DNA from: the human T2T-CHM13v2.0 reference genome, Homo sapiens | Assembly: GCF_009914755.1 (NCBI RefSeq) | Contig: NC_060946.1 | Direction: 5' to 3' (one strand) | Length of the DNA: 64,000 nt | In this document: positions 50,954-64,000 of the stretch, piece after piece | Layout: every line of letters starts with the position of its first letter | Position numbering within the stretch: the stretch's first letter is position 1 | Notes under the pieces: generated by a model | Told to the model about the DNA's origin: nothing | What the model saw: the letters and a program-made list of their open reading frames with translations, nothing else | The model's database searches: none | Translations under genes and position numbers: made by a program

Positions 50954-51702
50954 GTATTTCACACTGTGTGTTTGTTCTTTTGAGCTCCCAGATGCTGGGG
51001 GTGTCTGGGAATACTGGAAAATGGATCATTTTTTTAAAAAGGGAGAATTATGTACAAGTACCCAAGAACTTCCATACAGGGCCACTCTGTTAATTCAGCC
51101 CCAATTTGTTGCTTGAGATAAGAGATGATTAGAGAGCATTCATAAGGGACACATCTGCCCTCTAGGGGCCAGTTTCAGAAGTTAGAGGCAGATGACTTAG
51201 AGACAGCTTGGTGCTTGCTTTGTGGCTTCGAGTCCCAGCTTCATCATCCCTAAAATGGGTATAATTCCATTACTTCCCCGGGTCACTTGAGAAAATAACA
51301 GAATCAGCGATGCTGAGCGCCCCTCCCAGTACTTGGAACCTAGGAGGCACTCAAAAAAAGATTGGCTCAACTCTTCCCTGCCCAGGAAATTCCAAGGTCC
51401 TCTTAGCCTACCGAGGACACATCATTCATGATTTCCTCTATTATTATTCGTTACTTTGTAGTTAAAACTGCAGGTGTTAAGTACTTATTGAGATTATTAT
51501 TGGGTCATGGCAGAAAGAATGGAGAGGTCTTATTTCTGTCTTACTGGATACTGGCTAGGCCCATATGAAGAAGTGATTCTGGTTTGAACCTCCTTATAGG
51601 ACAAGAATACAAACATATGCAACCAAACTGAGAAAAGTAGGCTCTCAGAGGAAGGTATTTGCCCGGGTAGCCAGTCATCATGCTCTGTGAATTTTTCCTT
51701 AA

Positions 51703-52078
<376 letters not shown>

Positions 52079-52711
52079 CATTTGACTTTTAATTGAGATC
52101 TTACTTGGTGCAAGGTATGAGCTAGGTAAAAGAGTGAAGAAGATCAAGCCTTCCTGCCCATCCAGCTGGGATTGCACCTTAAATCTCTTTATCCCCTGCA
52201 AAGTGCCAGACTAACTCCACAGGCACTACTGTTGCTATCCGCCCCCTTAGGGATTGAGTAAGTTGAGGCAAAGATTGAGAATATTCAGCATTGTCTAGTA
52301 TATACAGGAAAGGTTCTTTTTAAAAGTACACTACCAGATATTCGACTCCTTAATTACAAAAAAAAAACCAAATGCCTAAAATTGGGAAACCAAACCAGAG
52401 AATTATTTTAGATGCCTTTTTAAACCATAAACCAGGAAAAGTTCTGCTGCTAACCTTGAAGATAGGAAACGAACCATACAGTCTCAAGGAAATAATCATG
52501 CAACAGAAAACACACCTCAGTTTTCAGTAGCGGAATTACAAAGGAGTGTGCTTCCTAAAATCCTCAACTGACAGTCCCGGAATATAAATTTTAATAAGTG
52601 CTATATCAATTCTGTGATAAATATAACCCGTGGCCCTTTAAAGGGAAAATCATGATTCTTTTGTAACTTGTGGTTCAATAAAACTGGGCCCCCCTTTCCT
52701 TTTCTGTCTAG

Positions 52712-52856
52712 AACTCGAGAAGTGCTTCTGCCGAAATTCAAGCTGGAGAAGAACTACAATCTAGTGGAGTCCCTGAAGTTGATGGGGATCAGGATGCTGT
52801 TTGACAAAAATGGCAACATGGCAGGCATCTCAGACCAAAGGATCGCCATCGACCTG
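52712..52856 (+). CDS. SERPIND1: SERPIND1 exon 4, [15 protein letters not shown]...RIAIDL
   Basis: acceptor tgtctag|A, donor CTG|gtaacc; 145 nt. Confidence 0.97.
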
Positions 52857-53582
52857 GTAACCACTCCCTTGTCCACCCCCGACCCGTCCCCAGGGTCTGC
52901 CTCAGCACAGCCCCACCTCCACTTGCCCTTCCTACCCACCCCCCAATCTCATGTCCCAGCTTGGGGTGCTGAGTCTGCTCTTCGGCCTGGGTGGGATACA
53001 CAGAATGCCTAGTTTCATGGATGCCAGCTGGAGAGCACGGCACCTGGCAGACACTTACTGGGCAGGGGGGATCCCAAGAGCAGCCATGGGGTGAGCCCCA
53101 CTCCCGCTGACACCAGAGACAGGGGAGACATGTGCTGCGGTCTGGGAAATAGCTACCCCCAGCCAAATCATGAAAGAGCCATTAAACACCGCACTATACA
53201 CATACTTAACTTAAACCAATCGGGCGCTCAGCAAAAGAGAGAGAACACCAGTCCAAACAGTGCAGCAGACCCAGTTCCCCATCCCGGAGAAGTGCGCAGC
53301 AGTGTGGGGAGCTGGAGCTGGGGTGGCTGTCCTGCACCAGCCCCCACGACCCTCAGACCACAGGCACTGCCAAGAGGGAACATGAACCTAGCCGGCCTCT
53401 AAGTGCAACGGCTGCCCCTGACAGGTGGTGACAGATATTTTCAAGAGTGACTCTGACCAGCTGTGATTTCCACCTTACATGTTGTCTTTGGATCCTTTCC
53501 CTGAATGATATGAGATTGTGCTGGGAACTCTAGCCCTCTGTGTGCTGACCTCCAGAATCTGACAACTTTCCTTTCCAAACAG

Positions 53583-53774
53583 TTCAAGCACCAAGGCACG
53601 ATCACAGTGAACGAGGAAGGCACCCAAGCCACCACTGTGACCACGGTGGGGTTCATGCCGCTGTCCACCCAAGTCCGCTTCACTGTCGACCGCCCCTTTC
53701 TTTTCCTCATCTACGAGCATCGCACCAGCTGCCTGCTCTTCATGGGAAGAGTGGCCAACCCCAGCAGGTCCTAG
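53583..53774 (+). CDS. SERPIND1: SERPIND1 exon 5 CDS: reactive centre loop (GFMPL-STQV), serpin signature FTVDRPFLF, stop TAG
   Basis: acceptor aaacag|TTC; 192 nt; total CDS 889+274+145+192 = 1500 nt = 499 aa plus stop. Confidence 0.98.
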   Translation, partial: FKHQGTITVNEEGTQATTVTTVGFMPLSTQVRFTVDRPFLFLIYEHRTSCLLFMGRVANPSRS

Positions 53775-54403
53775 AGGTGGAGGTCTAGGTGTCTGAAGTG
53801 CCTTGGGGGCACCCTCATTTTGTTTCCATTCCAACAACGAGAACAGAGATGTTCTGGCATCATTTACGTAGTTTACGCTACCAATCTGAATTCGAGGCCC
53901 ATATGAGAGGAGCTTAGAAACGACCAAGAAGAGAGGCTTGTTGGAATCAATTCTGCACAATAGCCCATGCTGTAAGCTCATAGAAGTCACTGTAACTGTA
54001 GTGTGTCTGCTGTTACCTAGAGGGTCTCACCTCCCCACTCTTCACAGCAAACCTGAGCAGCGCGTCCTAAGCACCTCCCGCTCCGGTGACCCCATCCTTG
54101 CACACCTGACTCTGTCACTCAAGCCTTTCTCCACCAGGCCCCTCATCTGAATACCAAGCACAGAAATGAGTGGTGTGACTAATTCCTTACCTCTCCCAAG
54201 GAGGGTACACAACTAGCACCATTCTTGATGTCCAGGGAAGAAGCCACCTCAAGACATATGAGGGGTGCCCTGGGCTAATGTTAGGGCTTAATTTTCTCAA
54301 AGCCTGACCTTTCAAATCCATGATGAATGCCATCAGTCCCTCCTGCTGTTGCCTCCCTGTGACCTGGAGGACAGTGTGTGCCATGTCTCCCATACTAGAG
54401 ATA

Positions 54404-54409
54404 AATAAA
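54404..54409 (+). terminator. SERPIND1: SERPIND1 polyadenylation signal AATAAA
   Basis: AATAAA ~630 nt after the stop, followed by U/GU-rich sequence. Confidence 0.75.
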
Positions 54410-55424
54410 TGTAGCCACATTTACTGTGTATCTGTTATAATTCTCTATTTTTTGAAGCTCAAATATCAAAAGCCAAATCCAAATTCCTGGATAACTCCAG
54501 GTATGATAAAGGCTGAGAGGAAGTCACTTGAGCACCACAATGTGCCACAGCAGGGCATGTTCTCAGGACAGGACAGGTGTGTGCTGAATCCTGGGGAGGG
54601 TCTGTGCAGTACCCCAGAACTGTGGGGTGCTAAGTGGCACACAAGCCCCAGGGCTCCCACAGTCTATGCCAGGCTGCTGCAGCTTTCATCCCTCATACCT
54701 GGTCCTGCAGTGGGTCTGGTTTGACAGAGCAGATGACACCTGAGGAATATGTTTCTGGATCCTTCAATCCCTGGGTAAGACAAGTGAAATCCACAGAGGC
54801 TGTTCAGCACGCAAGAGTGCCAGTGCTCTTTCAGTGAGGGGATGACTGACGGTCACAGGTGCTGTGTGTGCAGGTGTCTAACTGTAACCCCCACAGCCTG
54901 GCAGATGAGGAAGACAAGGGTTGGAAGAGTTCTGAAACCTGTCCAAGATGCTGAAGTAGTGGGGCTGGGTTCAAGTGCAGGTTGGCTGGACTCCAGGGAC
55001 CACACAAGGAGTCCTGTCACAGGCTTCTGACCCCATGAGACCAATACCAGTAAGAAGAGTGGTAAAAGGGAGTAGGGACGGAAGGGGAACGTCACTGCCC
55101 TTTGTAGGCATGCCTGTGGGTTATCTCACAGAGTCTCCTTACCCTCAATCCCTAGGGGGCTGGCACTGTTACCCCTCCTTTTTACAGCTGCAGAAGCAAT
55201 TTCAGCTCACAGAAGGGAAGGCCTCTGCCTGAGGCCTGAATCCACACCCAGGCAGGGGGACCCTGCAGCCCTGCTTTCCCCTGCTCCCTTCCTGACTTCC
55301 CACACTGGGCTCTGCCTCCTTACTCTGCTGAGAGCAGATGGTGCAGGGGCTGGATGAATTGCCCCAAGCCATCCTCTCGGCTTCCTGGTGAACCCTGATG
55401 CTGCGGATGGCCCACTCCTTCAAT

Positions 55425-55532
55425 TCATTCTCCAATCTGCTTCACCCCTCTTCTTTTCTGTCATTCTCCAAACTGCTTCACCACTCTTCTTTTCTGTCAT
55501 TCTCCAACCTGCTTCACCACTCTTCTTTTCTG
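55425..55532. repeat. 36-bp tandem repeat x3 (tcattctccaa.ctgcttcacc.ctcttcttttctg)
   Basis: three near-identical pyrimidine-rich units. Confidence 0.92.
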
Positions 55533-55839
55533 GTGCCTGTCCTATATTTCTCATCTTGCTGCAGCTTCCTTTTGGCTCTTCTCATTTCTAAATGTAATAA
55601 TCTCAAAAAACCCTTTTAGTCCTTTGCCATGTCTGTCCCATACCCAGAAAGGCAGTGGTCACTTCTGCTCACCCAGCGCCCTCTCTGCTACAGCCGGTGT
55701 GGAGTCCTCCACACTCTTGAGCATCCAGACACCCCCGTTTCAATGCCTTTTGTTCATGTACACCCACTCAGAATCTCTCAGATCCCCTCTTACAGAAACT
55801 AGCCCATCTGTTACTCAAAGCAGGAGAGTACTCATTCAG

Positions 55840-56473
<634 letters not shown>

Positions 56474-57070
56474 TGAGGTTACATGCAAAATCTTGAGAGT
56501 AATAAGGATTTCCATGGACAGAGAGTGCACAGTTTTCGAAAAGGTTCTCTGTGACCTAAAACATGTTAATCCACACACACCTGGTTTTGCAGGCACTGAG
56601 AAAATAAGTAAACCTTCCAAGGCCACAAAAGTGACTGGTGACACAAGTAAACTTGCTCTCAGTGAAATACATGAATGTTTTTCCAGAAGGAGGTGCATCT
56701 TATTAAATCACTATTATATGACAGTGGAACAACTAAGTCTCTAAGCATTAGATACCATTCAAAACGTTTAACTAACAAGCTAAGTAACAACTGAAGTAAT
56801 TTAATCAATGATATCTCTGAAGAAATATTATTCACAAAGTTGCGGTACAAAGATCACCAAATCTAGCCAGGAAGGAGCCTCAGAGATTGTATGACCCAGC
56901 TTCCTAGCAACTCCCTCAAAGTCACTGAGAACAGCTGCATTAGGGCCAAAACCCAGGCTTCCTGCCCCAAATCCACTGGTACTTCCATTCAACAGAGTAA
57001 TCTGAGACACTGTGTCATCAAAGGTCACAGAATATACTCTATATACAAAATAGAGTATATCTTTCTTTTA

Positions 57071-58914
<1,844 letters not shown>

Positions 58915-59902
58915 TTACTATTTTTCATCTACCTCGGCCAGCCAAAACTGGACACCCTAGAAGTCCCCAGGTTGGGAATAATGATGAACACTCAGATGGT
59001 GTGAGCAGGGGAACGACTTCAATGAGACCAGGAGAGGTGCCTCTCTGTGCCTGCAATGCCACCTGTCTGCCTGACCTCCACGTCCCTAGGCTGCCCTAGC
59101 AGTTCTGCCACCAGGCCCACCCCTCTGGTGTACAAGGTGAAGGGGACACATGCAAGTGCTCAAGACTCAAACTACTATGGGGTGAGGAGGAGGGAAGGCA
59201 CTGTAAGGCAGACACAAGGGATGGCCTAGAAGGTTGGTTAAATGGAAGGGAGAGAATATGGAATGAAAATAAATACTGGAACATAGGTGCTGGGCTTAGG
59301 ACTTGCAGCTAGGAGTGACGAAGAAAGGGAAAAACAACTTCTACAAGTCATTTGGGAAGAAGCGGACCCAAGCTGGGACAGGACAGGATGGAAACAGGCT
59401 CTCCAACACGATGGTGCCACACAGGAGGCAGGGACTGTGCCCGCCATGCCAACAACGTCCCCTGAAGGAGACTGGGGCCATAGCTCCGAGGCCTGAGCGC
59501 CGACAAGAGGCTTCCAGGCCTGCACTTGTGGGAAGGAGCCAAGGAAGGGATGGAAGCAGGGAGCTGGCCCAGCATCAGTCACAAGGGCATGAGACACAGG
59601 ATGAAAGTGGAGTCAGATTTAGGACCTGGGAGCCACCCGGCAGGGAACCAAAGCAAGTGCCCTTGTCAATTGGTTGAGGGGGTTCGGGCAGGTCATGGAG
59701 AAAGGGAGTGAAGGATGTGCCATGGTGGACACACCTATGGGGCTGTCATGGAAAAGCTGGTGATGGCTGCAGCAGTCACATCTAGAGGCATAGGGGCCTC
59801 AACACTGCACCTTTCTAAGGAATTTACTGTGCGTCACCAGGCAACACTTAAAGCATGAACACAGTATCTGCAGTTTTTATCATTCAATTAATGAATACTC
59901 AC

Positions 59903-59953
59903 CACAGCTATTACAGGAATGAGTACTCCCAAGTTCCCTGCACTGCTAGAAGC
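59903..59953 (-). CDS. PI4KA: PI4KA coding exon (~19), ASSSAGNLGVLIPVIAV
   Basis: acceptor ttttctag|GCT, donor GTG|gtgagt; 51 nt, phase 0-0; links ...GPALK to LTRRLPP... Confidence 0.94.
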
Positions 59954-61491
59954 CTAGAAAAGAACAGAATTATTGTCATTAACGAGTATGTGTTTCTTTT
60001 ATTAAAAAAAAAAAACACAAGATACAACATAGTGTTATGTAAACCTGGAATGTCTTAATCTAAGAGAAATGATGAGAGATATGCAGAGAGAGGCAGAGAG
60101 ATGCTCATCCAGCATAATTTTAATAGCAAAAAATGAAAACAAATGTGAAAAATAAACCATGGTTACATAAATGATTACATAAATCATGGTACTTCTGCAT
60201 AATTAGATATGACACAGCTATTTAAAATACAACTTTCTGAAAAGCATTTAGTCACCATGGAAAGAGCCCACAGCACATGTCAAATGAAAAAAAAATCAAG
60301 ATTTAAGACTATGCTATGATTCAATCCCAATTATGTAATAAATACATATGCATAAAAAAGCTAGGAAGAAATCTGTCAAAGTGTTAGTAATGATTATATA
60401 TCTGAGTCAAGGGATAAGTGCTTTTTACTTTACTATTTATAGGCTTCTGTATCTTTTCTAAAATAAACATATATTCTTCCCAAGTTAGGGAAATTTGGGG
60501 GGTTACTTAATAAAAGATAGACTCTCTGGCTAGACACACAAATGTAGCTAATCTTCAGTACACACTGATTAGTAAAAATTCTGGAAGCACTGGCCTAAGC
60601 CGACTTGATTTATGCTCTTAATCTATAATAACAGCAGCTGAAGACCTTGAGCATACACTGCGGCCAGGCACTGTGCTCAGTGCTTCGCATGCACTAACTT
60701 CTGGGACGATTCATGGGAGGTCTCAGTAGCTTGCCAAGGCCACACAGCACCTCAGTGGTGGGGACAGAATGCCAAGCTGTAAACATATACACCTACTATG
60801 TACTCACAAAAATTTTTTTGAAAATTTAAAAAGAATGCCAAGCTGTTTTCCCTGGGCTGGGGGCCACAAGGGTGGCCCTGCCTGGTCCCCTCTGGGAAAC
60901 CGATAGCCTAAGGGATGCGTGATGATGGAGAACAACCCACAGACCTTAGTTTAATTTATAATTATAGCTCCTTGTCCTCCACAAGGTGGGGCACTGAGGT
61001 CCAATTTCCAGGGGAGAGCAGGCTCCTGAAACGCCCCTCAGACAGGTTACAGCCTCTGCTTTCTCAGGTGCTCAGCACCACCTTGTATCATCAGTACCCC
61101 ACTCTTATCCTGATGCCTAAGGTCCCGCTAGACACGCGGGACACACTTCTCTCCTGTGCACTGAGGTGGTCCCAGCTGTGTACCCCACTGGGAGACTTGG
61201 GAAGTTAGTCAGCCACATGACTGTCGGAGGGCCCGGCATAGCAAGGCTGAATTAGGGACAAGAGTCTTAGGATCCCTGCTTGCATCGGCCACTCTCTCTT
61301 GGCTGAGACTTTCACAGGGGGACTCCTTCATGCAGTTGTCATCTCAAATGCCACTCTTCAGAGAAGCCTTCTCAACCAGCCCAATCTAAAGTGCCCCTCA
61401 CCACCCTGCCCTGTTTCACTCTCCCACTCAGCGCCACAGGCAGAGAGGACCCTGTCTGTCTCGTTCACTTCTGTAACACCCTCATCTAGAG

Positions 61492-61703
61492 CAAGGGCTG
61501 GTAAACTATGGCCCATGAACCAAATCCAACCCAACACCTGTTCTTGCAAATACAATTTTATAGGAGCACAGTCACGCCTGTTCGTTCATAGACAGGTGAC
61601 CACAGAAGAGTTGAGTTGAGCAGTTACAACAGAAGCTGTATGGCCTGCAAAGCGTAAAATATTTACACTCTGGCCCTTTACAGAAAAAGTGGGCTGACCC
61701 CTG
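61492..61703 (+). mobile_element. MER58A (hAT-Charlie) inside an L2 remnant
   Basis: caagggctggtaaactatggccc...tctggccctttacagaaaaag...gacccctg. Confidence 0.8.
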
Positions 61704-61816
61704 ACCTAGGACAGTAGCTGGCACAGAGTAGGTGAACAATAACTGTCTGGGGGAAGGGGAAGGAAGAAATGGAAGAGAGAGGAAATGACAAAACAGGGTG
61801 GAAGTAGAGATATGGT

Positions 61817-62305
61817 TGTGGGATACATTGGGGTTTTTCTTTAAATAATCTGATCAATCTTTTATTTTTTAATTTATAGTACCCCCGACTTTTTCTTTTT
61901 TTTCCTTTTTGCCTTTATTAAATGCCTAAACACGCCTCAGTACCAAGTGTTATCAACACCAACTCATATTCCTTTCCTTATTTAAAAAAAAAAACTTTCT
62001 AGCTCATTACAAACACCCCCTTCCCCTTTCTCTCCACTTTCTTTTACATACCCACCCTATCTAAAAAAATCAAATGTTTAGCCAACCAAAATTAGTTTAA
62101 ATTATATGACCCAACCCCAGCCAATAAAAAAAATACAAAAACAAAACTTGAGTCAAAAATAAAAATTCTCGTGCCCTTTATTCAAATATGCTCTTATAAC
62201 AGCTAGCCCAAAAGACACCCCTCTACGCAAAAATAAAATTGCTTTACTAAAACTCTTCTGTTCAAATATTCAATTTCCTTAAAATTTTAAGGGTTATTCC
62301 TAACA
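61817..62305 (+). mobile_element. Solo ERV1 LTR, LTR10-family-like, G-to-A hypermutated
   Basis: TG...CA termini, 4-bp TSD tggt (61813-61816 and 62306-62309), 489 bp; family assignment from recalled consensus. Confidence 0.82.
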
Positions 62306-62609
62306 TGGTAGAGCGACTAGTGCCCACGTGACATGCTACTGGGGAGTTACGAAGGAAGAGGCCTCACCTGCCTCGGCCCCACCATGAATGTATTTGGGGA
62401 TTCAAGACATGACGTTTATCTCAGTAGACCTGTCTTCCTTGGGAGGCCTGAGATTAGGTGAAATCTGGCCCTTCTCATGTTGCCACTGTGTTCTGATGAT
62501 GGGCCCTTAAAGTCCTCCTAGGCCCAGCTACCACCCCTGGGCTTCATGATAAAGGCAAGGACAGAGAGAGGTGCCCGTGGGGAGCTGAGGCTAGACTGTT
62601 GTCATGTCA

Positions 62610-63188
<579 letters not shown>

Positions 63189-64000
63189 TCATCTTCGTGA
63201 AAAACAACCTGTAGAATAAAGCCAACTGATGCAGAAATGACTGCAATCCTCTCTCCTGAAATGTAGTAAGGACCTCCAGGAGACTAAGTTCTAGGCATCT
63301 GCAACACTGGGTACCTGTGAGGGTCTCAGGACACTTCCCTCAGGGCTGAAAATGAAAGGGCCCATGCCCAGGCATTCCAGGTTGGATCTTGCTTCCCCCC
63401 TACAAATCACAAAGAGCCTTAAAGCATCATTTACCACCCACAGAACTTTCACCTCATGACCAGCTTCTCCCTAACGCTGCCTCCACCTTGGAGCTGATGT
63501 CAGTATTTTTTCACATCCAATGCTCAGCAAGTGTTCCAGGGTCCTGCCTCAGGATCTTGGCTGGCCCAATGTAAACCCCGGATGTGAAGCTGACATTGCC
63601 CCTTTGGCCAGAAACCTGAAACCACTGAGGCCAACCAGGCTTCTGTGGCCCTGGAGACTGCCAGACTCTGTCATGTCCAAGCGGCACGACCCTGGGTAAG
63701 TCTCTTTAAGTCTTTGAGCCTCAGTTTCTTCCTAAGTAAAACAAGGATGATAATTTCTCTTCGTAGGATCACGGGAAGAGTGAAACACCACGTGAAGCAC
63801 TAAGCATGTCGTCTGCTCCACTAAGAAATCCCAGAGCAACGGCAGCCACGGCAAAAGGCACTGCAGTTAAGTAATACCTGGTAGGTCAAGGGCAAACAAA
63901 GGGCAGTAAATGCTTCCACTGGTGAGGAAGACGACAAATCATTTTTGGTGACAATATGAGAAAAGGCTTTATGGAAGGAGAGGCAAGCTGAGCCAGAACT

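Noticed and set aside
53475-53990. 171-aa minus-strand ORF overlapping SERPIND1 exon 5
   Set aside because: Antisense shadow of coding sequence; the PI4KA reading frame is complete without it.
61860-62280. G-poor, AC-rich tract resembling mitochondrial L-strand (NUMT)
   Set aside because: LTR termini, a 4-bp TSD and LTR10-like motifs explain it; no mitochondrial gene is recognisable.

Overview
Human (primate) genomic DNA, recognisable as 22q11.21. The minus strand carries 18 consecutive internal coding exons of PI4KA (phosphatidylinositol 4-kinase III alpha). All have GT-AG borders and matching phases, and together give 2052 nt / 684 uninterrupted codons; by recollection these are exons ~18-35. 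The complete SERPIND1 gene (heparin cofactor II; 5 exons, 1500-nt CDS, 499 aa) lies on the plus strand inside the 27.5-kb PI4KA intron at 32404-59902. The rest is repeat-dense intron: more than 40 Alus, ancient L1M, MIR, L2, a MaLR LTR, DNA-transposon MITEs and minisatellites. I found no new gene or biological system. The most unusual signals are: (1) a solo ERV1/LTR10-like LTR stripped of G and GG, a likely fossil of APOBEC3 hypermutation; (2) a rare SVA2-like retroposon nested in an Alu-in-Alu, with a datable TSD; (3) several short local templated duplications or repair scars, including a 137-bp copy from 4.2 kb away pasted into an Alu; (4) a candidate 81-nt PI4KA poison exon whose putative branch point sits in a hairpin loop. 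Exon numbers and repeat family names come from memory and need database confirmation.
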